Positions 8,830 through 17,160 of a DNA stretch of 64,000 nucleotides are shown one piece after another. The notes beneath the pieces were generated by a model, which worked only from the letters and a program-made list of their open reading frames with translations, searched no databases and had not been told where the DNA came from. The stretch's first letter is position 1, and each line of letters begins with the position of its first letter. The DNA lies in contig CBDVAM010000002.1 in assembly GCA_965371965.1 (NCBI GenBank), forward strand, positions 1,617-65,616, given 5' to 3'. Both the position numbers and the translations under genes were made by a program. This DNA is from an uncultured Phycisphaerales bacterium (GTDB lineage: Bacteria > Planctomycetota > Phycisphaerae > Phycisphaerales > UBA1924).

Positions 8830-8841
8830 CCAATAGTGTGG
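8830..8841. promoter_or_regulatory. CCAATAGTGTGG motif (copy 2)
   Basis: Exact 12-mer shared with 5144-5155. Intergenic, ~56 nt upstream of the ATG at 8774. Confidence 0.25.
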
Positions 8842-8903
8842 GCGGACGAGTCACCTCGCCTCTCACGCCCGGGACCGGCTGCCACGGCCCCTCCCCTAGA
8901 AAA

Positions 8904-10994
8904 TCAGCAGCCCGCTGCAAACAGATCTAAATACCCAAAGAAATCGTCGGCGTCGATGTCGCCATCGCCATCGATGTCGGCGGCGGGATCGCGGGTGGCG
9001 AAGAGATCGAGATACGCGAAGAAGTCGTCGGCATCGATGTCGCCGTCGCCATCGAGGTCGGCGGGACACGGGGTCGCGGTGGAGATGATGCGGCCGCCCC
9101 ACCCGGCTGCCCAGAGGTCGCCCGAGGGCGAGGCGTCGAGCTGAGCCGGGTTGTAGGGGAACAGGGAGTCGCGGCTGCGGATCCAGGTCTGCCCGCCGTT
9201 GACGGTGTGGAGCGTGATCGGTTGGATCTGGCGATCGACCCCGACGACCCAGACCTCATTGGCGCTGATGACCGCGACACCCATGGCGACGCGGACCTCG
9301 TGGTTGTTGCCGAAGTCGAAGGTCTGCCATGTCCGCCCGCCGTCGAGTGTGCGTGCGGCGTAGTCCCACCATCCGACGGCCCAGCCGACGTTCTCGTCGA
9401 TGAACTGCATGTCCTGGATGGTGGGGTTGTCGCCGAAGTAGACGTCGGGCAGCGTGACGTCCTGCCATGTGTTGCCTCCGTCATCGGTGCGGTGCAGGAT
9501 GCCGCCGAGGCGCATGATCCAGCCCTTGTCCTCACCGATGAACTGGATGAGCTCGAAGGCTGCGCCGTCGAACGGGCGGAACCAGGTTTGCCCGCCGTTG
9601 AGCGTGCGGTAGATGGATTCTTGCGTTCTGAACATGTCTCGATTGGAACCGACGACCCAGATGTCGTCGGGGGTTCGTGCGGCGATATCCCTGATGTCGA
9701 GATCGACGGGCAGGCGTCCACCACTGCTGATGGGCATCCAGTTCTGCCCCGCGTCCACAGACTTGAACACCGTGCCGCCGGGACCGGCGATAAAGGCGTT
9801 CTGATCGTCGAGAATGTCAACAGCGTTGAGTGATTCGTCGAAGCCGAACTCCTGGCCCCGGATCTCCGGCTTCTGGACGGTCCAGTGGGTGCCCCCGTCG
9901 GTGGTCCGCATCACATAGGTATTGCGGGCGACGGCGATTCCATACCTGTCGGTGTGCATCTCGATGGCGGTGATATCCATGCCGATGCCGTTGGTGATGT
10001 ACTGCCAAGTCTGCCCCCCGTCGCTGGTGCGATAGATGATGCCGCGAGCGCCCGTGAGGATCCCGACCCCTGCGTCTGTGAAGTTGAGTTCCCAGGTGTA
10101 CGGCAGATCGCCGATGGCGTCGAGCGTCTTGGTCCAGGTGGTGCCGAGGTCGTGGGAGAGCCAGACATCGCCCTGGTGGGAGGCCCCGGCGATCGTAAAC
10201 TCGTCGACGAGCGCGAGATCGTTGAGTGGGCCGTCCTCCTCGAACTCCTGCGAGACCGCGGCCCAGGATTGCCCGCCATCGGTCGAGCGATAGACCTGCC
10301 CGGGCAGGACTCCCGTCGCCACCGCCGTGTTCTGATCGACGTACATGACGTCGTTGATGACCGCATCGAGGACGTGTGTCCAGGTTCGCCCACCATCGGT
10401 AGTCCTAAAAATCCCGTCCAGATCGTCGGGGATCTGATGGCCCGACACGAGACCGATCTCGGCGTCGATGAAGTCTGAGCCCCAGGCAATCGGGCAGTCG
10501 GGCCATCCCAAGCGCAGTTCCCAGGTCTGCCCGCCGTCGGTCGTGCCCGCGCAGGCGCCGTTGGCCATGAAGATGCCGTGGGTCGGGCTCTCGAAGTCGA
10601 TGAACCTCCACGAGCCCGCCATGCCAGGCATGGGCGTCCAGGTCTGGCCGCCATCGGTGGTGCGCAGGGCGTCGGAGTTGTTGCCGGTGACCCAGCCGTG
10701 GTTCTCGTCAATGAAGAAGACGTCGTAGTAGGGATTGGTGCTGTGAGCCTCGAGGTTGCGCTCGATCCAGGTCCGCCCGCCGTCGAATGTCTCGAAGAGC
10801 GCTCGGTTGCGGCCGACCATGAAGCCGTGCAGCGGTGTGGCGAACGCCACGCTGTTGAGGTCACGGTCTGTGGGAAGCACGCTCTGCCTGGTCCATTGTG
10901 GCTGTGCGTTTGCGAGGGAGGCAGCGCCAGCGATCGCAAGCAGCCAGGAGAACGCGAGAGTGTTCAGGGTTCGGCTTGTCCGTTGGGTCTTCAC
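8904..10994 (-). CDS. secreted BNR/Asp-box (sortilin/Ycf48-like) propeller protein with Gly-Cys double-dockerin module (member D)
   Basis: Many SxDxGxTW boxes (TDGGQTW, DGGRTW, TDGGTHW...). The GTG at 10994 has a strong SD (AGAGGAGGAG) and gives a clean signal peptide (KTQRTSRTLNTLAFSWLLAIAGAASLANA/Q). An alternative ATG lies at 11024. C-terminus PCPADLDGDGDIDADDFFAYLDLFATRDPAADIDGDGDIDADDFFGYLDLFAAGC*. Confidence 0.85.
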   Translation of the reverse strand: MKTQRTSRTLNTLAFSWLLAIAGAASLANAQPQWTRQSVLPTDRDLNSVAFATPLHGFMVGRNRALFETFDGGRTWIERNLEAHSTNPYYDVFFIDENHGWVTGNNSDALRTTDGGQTWTPMPGMAGSWRFIDFESPTHGIFMANGACAGTTDGGQTWELRLGWPDCPIAWGSDFIDAEIGLVSGHQIPDDLDGIFRTTDGGRTWTHVLDAVINDVMYVDQNTAVATGVLPGQVYRSTDGGQSWAAVSQEFEEDGPLNDLALVDEFTIAGASHQGDVWLSHDLGTTWTKTLDAIGDLPYTWELNFTDAGVGILTGARGIIYRTSDGGQTWQYITNGIGMDITAIEMHTDRYGIAVARNTYVMRTTDGGTHWTVQKPEIRGQEFGFDESLNAVDILDDQNAFIAGPGGTVFKSVDAGQNWMPISSGGRLPVDLDIRDIAARTPDDIWVVGSNRDMFRTQESIYRTLNGGQTWFRPFDGAAFELIQFIGEDKGWIMRLGGILHRTDDGGNTWQDVTLPDVYFGDNPTIQDMQFIDENVGWAVGWWDYAARTLDGGRTWQTFDFGNNHEVRVAMGVAVISANEVWVVGVDRQIQPITLHTVNGGQTWIRSRDSLFPYNPAQLDASPSGDLWAAGWGGRIISTATPCPADLDGDGDIDADDFFAYLDLFATRDPAADIDGDGDIDADDFFGYLDLFAAGC

Positions 10995-11228
10995 GGTCTC
11001 CTCCTCTTTCGCAGGCACCAGCATCAACCGACCTGCGTGCGGGCACCCCACGAGCGACGCCACCCTGCGGCCCGTTCGCAGGGAGCGTGATGCGTTGGCC
11101 CCGCCCTGCGGTCTCGTCGGATGATGCCCGGCGAATCGCGCTGGGGGCGAGTTCAAGGGCGAGTCGGGCGATTTCTCATCTCGCTCGCCGGGACAGGTCG
11201 CCGGGGCTGGGTCCCGGAAGAGGAGAGA

Positions 11229-11357
11229 TTAACCTCTATCTGCAAAGAGGTCGAGGTATGCGAAGAAATCGTCGGCGTCGGTGTCGCCATCGGCAAGGGC
11301 CATTGGATCTGCGCCGACGATGACTGCTGCCAGAGCCCAACTCTTCTTACAGATCAT
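11229..11357 (-). CDS. 42-aa mini-ORF: signal-peptide-like N-terminus plus one dockerin repeat
   Basis: Hand-translated because it is below the ORF-track cutoff: MICKKSWALAAVIVGADPMALADGDTDADDFFAYLDLFADRG*. GGAGA lies 3-4 nt upstream of the ATG. It sits ~50 nt downstream of the sigma54 element at 11419-11433. It could be a functional peptide or a decayed family member. Confidence 0.4.
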   Translation of the reverse strand: MICKKSWALAAVIVGADPMALADGDTDADDFFAYLDLFADRG

Positions 11358-11418
11358 TTCCGGTCTCCATGTCGCTTGAGGACGACGGCTCGCCGAAACC
11401 TCCGACGCTTAGTCATGT

Positions 11419-11433
11419 GCAATGCGTGTGCCA
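11419..11433 (-). promoter_or_regulatory. sigma54 (RpoN) -24/-12 promoter, perfect core TGGCAC-N5-TTGC
   Basis: The minus strand reads TTTGGCACACGCATTGCA (reverse complement of 11418-11435). It is intergenic, upstream of the mini-ORF and of members D-C-B. Confidence 0.7.
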
Positions 11434-11529
11434 AACGCTCGCACATGGTCATTCCGCGATGATCCGGCCCCAAGCGGTGGTGTTCGTCTGCGAGATTCGG
11501 CCGTCTTGTTCAACCCGCGACGGGCAGCG

Positions 11530-11542
11530 CACAATATTGGCC
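11530..11542. promoter_or_regulatory. candidate enhancer/UAS motif (copy 3, inverted): CACAATATTGGCC = reverse complement GGCCAATATTGTG
   Basis: About 100 bp upstream of the sigma54 element at 11419-11433, the same spacing as copy 1 relative to 5032-5046. Contains the palindrome CAATATTG. Confidence 0.35.
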
Positions 11543-11629
11543 GGATCCGTTGTCCGGCAGCGACGGGTGCCGTGCTCTAGAACTCGCAATCGGCGTGTTC
11601 AACCGAAAGCAGGTCGCGCCGAACTCACG

Positions 11630-13189
11630 CTACGGGCATCCCATCACGAACATGTCGAGGTAGTAGAAGAAGTCGTTGGAGTCGATAATGAGATCGGGCA
11701 GGCCGTACTCCGAGGAGTCCGGGTCGGAAGACCCCGTCATGTCGGCCTCGGCCAGGCTGTCGCTCGAGAACTGGTCGAGGTAATAAAAGAAATCGTCGCC
11801 ATCGACGTCGCCGTCGGGAACGCCATAGCTTCCATCGCCAGAGTTCGATGACCCGGTGAGATCGCCCCGGCAGAAGAGACCCCGGTCTTCGAACTCAATC
11901 ACGGAGTTGCCATCAAGATCAAACAGGCTGAAGTTTGGTCCGCATCCGGGCACGACCACCCGCCCGTCCACCCGCCCGTCGGCGTCGCACGAGGTCCCGT
12001 CGAGCGCGGCGAGCGCGTCCTCATACTCTCTCACGTCCTGGCCATTGACTCGCTCGTCGGCGTTGAGATCACACGGTCGCACGTCAAAGCCGACATCGGT
12101 CCAGACATACAGCCCGTCTTCCTGCTTCGCATACGACGTGCCAAACAGCGCGGTGACGTCCCATTCGCTCGGCTCCAGTGCATCCTCGGCCTTCTTGTGT
12201 TCCCATCGCTCGGTGAGCACCTCGACCTCGCCATTGAGGCCCCCGGCATGGTCGATCAGATCCTGGACCGCCTCGATGACGCTGTGATGGCTGAACGGGC
12301 CGATCTCGTAGTCGATTGGCTCCTCGGGCTCGCCGGTGAGCTGCGCGGCACCAGCCATCGTCAGCGCCTCGACCAGCGTGATGGTCGTCGTATCGGTCGC
12401 GATGTCGTGGCTGAATCGAATGTTTACTTTCGGATCATACAGTCCGAAGTCGGTGCCGCCGAAGACCTCGCTGGCGTCCTGATATCCCGCGGCCCGCTGA
12501 AAGTACCGGCTGCGAACGACCCAGGTCTCGCCGGCCTCGAAGGTGTCGTCCTGGTCGCCGCCGGCCTTGGATTCGATCGTCACCCTATGGCAGCCGCAGA
12601 GCACCAGCGAGAAGTCCTCGCCCGATCGCTCGAAGAAGGGCTCGGTCCAGAAATCAAGATCGTGGTCCCCACATCCGCCCGGCCCGGCGCCGCTGCGCGC
12701 TGCACGCTCGCCGATGTCATCGCCGGGAAGCCCGCCGAATCGCCCGACATTCGCCAGGAATCGGAGTTCGGCGGCTCCCCCGAGCTCTCCGCCGGTGTCC
12801 TCGTCATGATCGACGTCGAACTCGAGGAACCCGAGCACGGGGCTCGGTCCAAAGATGAATGCCTCAAACGGACCGCCCCCGATGCCGACTCTGCCCGAAG
12901 GATTCACAAGGCCAACGAAGGAAACGTCCAACCGAAAGAGTTCAGCGTCGTCGTCGTCCTCCACCTCGCCGGTGTACGGATCGATAAGAGCGTCGTCCGC
13001 TCGCCAGCCGCTGAGGGTCACCCGCAGCACGTCCGGCAGATTGCTCAATGGATTCAGCGCCGCGACGCACCCGGTATCGGTCCGCCGGACTGTTGCGTCG
13101 CCGAACCCATCGACGAACCTCGCGACGTCGTCGCTCGCCGTTGCGCCGAGGCACGCCACCGCCGGAACACACCACGCCCATCGCCTCAT
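11630..13189 (-). CDS. secreted protein of unknown N-terminal fold with divergent Gly-Cys-Pro double-dockerin module (member E)
   Basis: The ATG at 13189 overlaps the TGA of the upstream response-regulator gene (ATGA). Signal peptide [19 protein letters not shown]-terminus ...FCRGDLTGSSNSGDGSYGVPDGDVDGDDFFYYLDQFSSDSLAEADMTGSSDPDSSEYGLPDLIIDSNDFFYYLDMFVMGCP*. Confidence 0.8.
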   Translation of the reverse strand: MRRWAWCVPAVACLGATASDDVARFVDGFGDATVRRTDTGCVAALNPLSNLPDVLRVTLSGWRADDALIDPYTGEVEDDDDAELFRLDVSFVGLVNPSGRVGIGGGPFEAFIFGPSPVLGFLEFDVDHDEDTGGELGGAAELRFLANVGRFGGLPGDDIGERAARSGAGPGGCGDHDLDFWTEPFFERSGEDFSLVLCGCHRVTIESKAGGDQDDTFEAGETWVVRSRYFQRAAGYQDASEVFGGTDFGLYDPKVNIRFSHDIATDTTTITLVEALTMAGAAQLTGEPEEPIDYEIGPFSHHSVIEAVQDLIDHAGGLNGEVEVLTERWEHKKAEDALEPSEWDVTALFGTSYAKQEDGLYVWTDVGFDVRPCDLNADERVNGQDVREYEDALAALDGTSCDADGRVDGRVVVPGCGPNFSLFDLDGNSVIEFEDRGLFCRGDLTGSSNSGDGSYGVPDGDVDGDDFFYYLDQFSSDSLAEADMTGSSDPDSSEYGLPDLIIDSNDFFYYLDMFVMGCP

Positions 13190-14670
13190 GACGTTCTCTC
13201 CGCGATCTCTCGAACCTTGTCCTCGAGCCCGTACCGCTCGATGCGATACCGGAAGCTGCTCCGCTGCATGCCGATGAGCTTGGAGGCCTTGGAGACGTTG
13301 CCGCGGGTGTGCTCGAGCGCCTGGAGCATGAGGGCCTGCTCGACCTGGTCCACCTTGTGCATGCCTCGCTCGAAGTCGAATCTCGGCGTGCCGCCGATGG
13401 GCGTCGCCTTGCCGTTGCTGTGCTCTATGCCCGCCCGCGGATGGGCGATCCCGATATCCGCGGCCTCGACCATCTTGGTCTCGCTCAGCATCGCGGCCCG
13501 CTGGATCGCGTTGGCCAGCTCTCTGACGTTGCCCGCCCAGCGGTGCGAGAGGATCGCCGACTCGCACGCCGGCGACAAATCCAGTCCATCGCGCCCGTAG
13601 CGAGCGCCCATGTCTTCCAGGAGTTCGCGTGCAATCAGCAAGGCATCCTGCTCCCGCTCGCGTAAGGGCGGGATCTCGATCGGGAATGCTGCGAGGCGGA
13701 AGAACAGGTCTCGCCGAAACTTGCCGTCCTCGGCGAGCGACTCAAGCTCCTGGTTTGACGCTGCGATGACCCGCGCCCGCACCTTGCGCTCGCGCGATCC
13801 GCCGACGCGCCGGAACGTGCCCTGCTCGACAACGACGAGCAGCTTGGCCTGGAGCTCCAGCGGCATCTCGCTGATCTCGTCAAGAAAGATTGTGCCGCCA
13901 TCGGCCATCTCGAACAGCCCGGTGCGCGAGGTCCGTGCGTCGGTGAAGGCGCCCTTCTCGTGCCCGAACAGCTCGCCCTCGACGAGGCTTGCCGGCAGCG
14001 CCGAGCAGTTGACGTGGACGAACGGCGGCTCGTCCTTGGTCGATGATGGCTGGCGTTCGACCGCCATGTCGTGGATGTATCGAGCGAGCACACCCTTGCC
14101 AACGCCGGTCTCGCCGAGCAGCAGGATTGTGGGCAGGGCCCCGCCGGGATCGGCGCCCAAGGGCATCTGCGCGAGGCGTGCGGACAGATCGAGGCACTTG
14201 AGCCAGGCCGCGCTCTGTCCCAGGACCTTCCGCCCCTGCTCGCGCGTCCGTTCCAGACGCTCGTACAGCTCGACCTTCTGGCTCAGTCGGCGATGCTCCA
14301 GCCACCTGGGAAGCTGGATCAGCAGCTCCTCGATGACGATGGGCTTCTGGAGATAGTCGTTGGCCCCATCGCGCATCGCCTCGACGGCGTGCTCGACGCT
14401 GCCGTAGGCCGTCATCACGATGATGACCCCGTCGAAGCCGTCGGCACGCAGCTCGCGCACGAACTCCAGCCCGTCTTCTTCGCCCAGATGTACGTCGGTG
14501 AGAACGAGGTCCAGGCTCTCCCGTTGCGACACGCCCCGCGCCGATCCGATCGACTCGCCCTCAAACACCTCGTGCCCGGCCTTTGTCAGCGATCGAGAAA
14601 CAGAGAATCTCAGGTTCTCTTCGTCCTCAATAATGAGAATCCTGGCCACCGTCTGCTCCTGACTGGCCAT
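13186..14670 (-). CDS. sigma54-dependent response regulator (NtrC family: REC + AAA+ EBP + Fis-type HTH)
   Basis: REC domain ([11 protein letters not shown]...DLVLTDVHL). Walker [18 protein letters not shown]-loop variant [28 protein letters not shown]-terminal [29 protein letters not shown]. Start taken at ATG 14670, overlapping the HK gene end by 44 nt; the start is uncertain. Confidence 0.9.
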   Translation of the reverse strand: MASQEQTVARILIIEDEENLRFSVSRSLTKAGHEVFEGESIGSARGVSQRESLDLVLTDVHLGEEDGLEFVRELRADGFDGVIIVMTAYGSVEHAVEAMRDGANDYLQKPIVIEELLIQLPRWLEHRRLSQKVELYERLERTREQGRKVLGQSAAWLKCLDLSARLAQMPLGADPGGALPTILLLGETGVGKGVLARYIHDMAVERQPSSTKDEPPFVHVNCSALPASLVEGELFGHEKGAFTDARTSRTGLFEMADGGTIFLDEISEMPLELQAKLLVVVEQGTFRRVGGSRERKVRARVIAASNQELESLAEDGKFRRDLFFRLAAFPIEIPPLREREQDALLIARELLEDMGARYGRDGLDLSPACESAILSHRWAGNVRELANAIQRAAMLSETKMVEAADIGIAHPRAGIEHSNGKATPIGGTPRFDFERGMHKVDQVEQALMLQALEHTRGNVSKASKLIGMQRSSFRYRIERYGLEDKVREIAERTS

Positions 14671-16219
14671 TATTGGCCAGGCTTCCTGTCTGCACCTGAT
14701 CGGGCAAGACCAGGGAGAACCTCGCTCCCGTGCCATGAGCCTCGCCCGAACCACCGTCACTGGACGTACCGAGGCTCTCGACCTCGATTCGCCCGCCGTG
14801 TCCTCTCACCGCATGGAGTGCAGATGCAAGTCCGATGCCAGTCCCCTGCTTCTTCGTCGTGAACGACGGACGGAAGAGGTTCGGGAGCACTTCGTCGGAT
14901 ATTCCCGCCCCCTCGTCGGTTATCGACACTGTCCATGAGCCATCGGTCGCTGATGGGGCTATACGGACAACTCCGCCCTTTGGGGTGGCCTCGATGGCAT
15001 TGGCCAAAATAGCCGCCAAGGCGTGCCCCATGTGGTCCGGGTCGAACACGCGGGTGCTCATGGCCCGCGCGCCGCCAAGATCGCACTCGATCGCCACCCC
15101 CCTTGAGGCCGCCATCGGCTCGTGGGCCTGGATCACGCCCCGAAGCCACGATTCCACAGACACCTCACGACAATCCAAGTCGGCGGGGGAGGTCGCCCGC
15201 AGCAGGCGGTTGAGCCACTCCTCGAATCGGTCCACCGCATCGATGATCCGACGCTGGCTGTCCTTGAGATCCTGGTCCTCGACCTCCTGATGGGTCATCT
15301 CGGCGAGCCCGCGAATACCTGAAAGGGGATTGCGGATGTTGTGGACCAGGCGGCGCATCATCTGCCCGACGGCGACGAGGCGCTCTCGCTCGATGCGCTC
15401 TTCCTGGCTCCGCTCGACCAGCCCGGCCATCAGATTCACCTCGCGAGCCAGGGTCGAGAGCTCGTCCTTGCCCCGCGGATGCAGGCGATAGGAGAACTCG
15501 CCGGCACCGATGCGTTCGGCGGCGACGCGGAGCTCCTCGATCGGTCTCACGACCCAGCGACCGACCAGCGAGAGGCTGAGCAGCCCGACCAGCCCGGCGA
15601 GCACCGCGACCAGACCCAGCACCGCGATGAGGCGTACGCGGAGCTGGGACTCGAACGCCTCGGCAAAATTGGTGTCTTCGAGGACGCGCCCCTCGATCTT
15701 CTCGATCAACTCGTGGATCTCAAAGAGCGCAAGCCCGGCTCGGCGGCGAGCGACATCATCCTGGGACTCTCCCCATTTCATGGCGTCGGTGTGGGTATCC
15801 TCGATTCGCCTTCGCAGGTTCCGCTGACGCAGGATCACCGACTCGCCCTCTCTTGCACGAATGCGCCAGCGCTCTGCATGCTGGAGAACATCCAGTTGGG
15901 ACTTCATCTGGTTGGTGCGTGCACCAAACGCGTCGGCATCGAACTCCGGTGGCTCGCCAGAACGCTCGCCCCGCACGCCATGCCCCTCGGATTCTGGAGC
16001 TGTGTCGCCCCAGCTTGGCTCTCCGAGCAGCATCGTCGCCTGTGCCTCGGCACCGCGCTTTATTGTTCGCAGTGACGTCAGCACGCTCGCCATGTTCTGG
16101 GCGGGACGCGAGACCTCTCGTTCAATGATCGCGAACGACGACCACGCCGAGGCGAGGCTGACAAGCACCGCGAGGCCGAACATTGCGAGGAGGATCACGA
16201 ATCGCCGACGGATGGTCAT
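14627..16219 (-). CDS. sensor histidine kinase (2 TM, ~170-aa periplasmic region, HAMP, HisKA, HATPase)
   Basis: TM1 FVILLAMFGLAVLVSLASAW, TM2 LIAVLGLVAVLAGLVGLLSLSLVG, then a HAMP domain. H-box VHNIRNPLSGIRGLAEM. G-boxes DEGAGI / GTGIGL. Confidence 0.9.
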   Translation of the reverse strand: MTIRRRFVILLAMFGLAVLVSLASAWSSFAIIEREVSRPAQNMASVLTSLRTIKRGAEAQATMLLGEPSWGDTAPESEGHGVRGERSGEPPEFDADAFGARTNQMKSQLDVLQHAERWRIRAREGESVILRQRNLRRRIEDTHTDAMKWGESQDDVARRRAGLALFEIHELIEKIEGRVLEDTNFAEAFESQLRVRLIAVLGLVAVLAGLVGLLSLSLVGRWVVRPIEELRVAAERIGAGEFSYRLHPRGKDELSTLAREVNLMAGLVERSQEERIERERLVAVGQMMRRLVHNIRNPLSGIRGLAEMTHQEVEDQDLKDSQRRIIDAVDRFEEWLNRLLRATSPADLDCREVSVESWLRGVIQAHEPMAASRGVAIECDLGGARAMSTRVFDPDHMGHALAAILANAIEATPKGGVVRIAPSATDGSWTVSITDEGAGISDEVLPNLFRPSFTTKKQGTGIGLASALHAVRGHGGRIEVESLGTSSDGGSGEAHGTGARFSLVLPDQVQTGSLANNGQSGADGGQDSHY

Positions 16220-16246
16220 GGGCGAGGTCTGCCGAGCGGGGCGCGA

Positions 16247-17002
16247 TTATCGCAGGGGCGGCTGATAGCCCCAATCGAGCGAATCTTCGAGCGGGTGGCG
16301 GGTCGAGCGAACGCTCCCGTCGATAAACGTCAGGTTCATCGAGCCGGCGTGGCGCATGCCCGGGAACCAGTAGCGGTCTCGCGCGAACGGCCCCTGACTA
16401 TCCAACGATGGGCCGGAAAACACCGGTGACACTTCGTTCTCTTCCGCAACCGCGCCATCGACATCCCACATCAGCGGCACGAGGGAGTGTAACAGAATCT
16501 CGGAGGTCAGTTCGACGGGGCGAACCCCGACGCGTCCGTCGCGAACCTGCTCGCCCCAGTGCATCCGCACATTGAATCCGTAGGAGATGTTCTCTGGGGG
16601 CGCGACGCCGCCGCGCGAGCACGGCGCCTGACGTCGGAGCTCGACCGGGCCTTCGACTTCGGGGCAGCGCATCGGATCGCTGCCCTCGTAGGGGAGTTCC
16701 ACTAGTTGCTTCGCTCCCCAACTCCAGAACTCATCGATCCCGTATTGAGTTTCCTGGAACGTCTCAAGGCGAAAGCGGTCTCGTGAGAGTTGATCCTCGT
16801 CGTCGCCTCGGTTGCCGTGGAGTGCGTCGTCGGCGAAGATCGAGAAATCAAACGCGACGGCTCGCTGCGCCATCTGGCATCGGAACGAGCGTGCCGAGGT
16901 CCTCGCCCCACCGAGCGCAGGCAGCATGAGCGACATCAACACCGCGATGATGGCGATGGTGATGAGCAACTCGATCAGCGTGAATCCGCCGTGCCTTCTC
17001 AA
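16247..17002 (-). CDS. prepilin-type N-terminal cleavage/methylation protein with H-X9-DG motif (DUF1559-like)
   Basis: N-terminus GGFTLIELLITIAIIAVLMSLMLPAL. C-terminal HAGSMNLTFIDG (H-X9-DG). Only 27 nt upstream of the HK gene on the same strand. Confidence 0.85.
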   Translation of the reverse strand: MRRHGGFTLIELLITIAIIAVLMSLMLPALGGARTSARSFRCQMAQRAVAFDFSIFADDALHGNRGDDEDQLSRDRFRLETFQETQYGIDEFWSWGAKQLVELPYEGSDPMRCPEVEGPVELRRQAPCSRGGVAPPENISYGFNVRMHWGEQVRDGRVGVRPVELTSEILLHSLVPLMWDVDGAVAEENEVSPVFSGPSLDSQGPFARDRYWFPGMRHAGSMNLTFIDGSVRSTRHPLEDSLDWGYQPPLR

Positions 17003-17160
17003 GCGGTCTCCTGACGCAATGCCCCCCTGGACGATTCACAGAGGATACGGGGCATGGACCACGATCGCAACCGCATTATTCGTCCGAAAAGCCACAACTC
17101 GGTCATTATCTCGTTTGGCGGTAGTTCTGGCCAGTCCGAGAAAGTTCTGAGCGTCGTCGC

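Noticed and set aside
3708-11360. Periodically recurring ~160-bp near-identical DNA segments that might be a CRISPR-like or other non-coding repeat array
   Set aside because: Each copy is the in-frame 3' end of a long ORF, the dockerin module. The spacing is irregular (1.3-2.3 kb). There are no short direct repeats with unique spacers and no cas genes.
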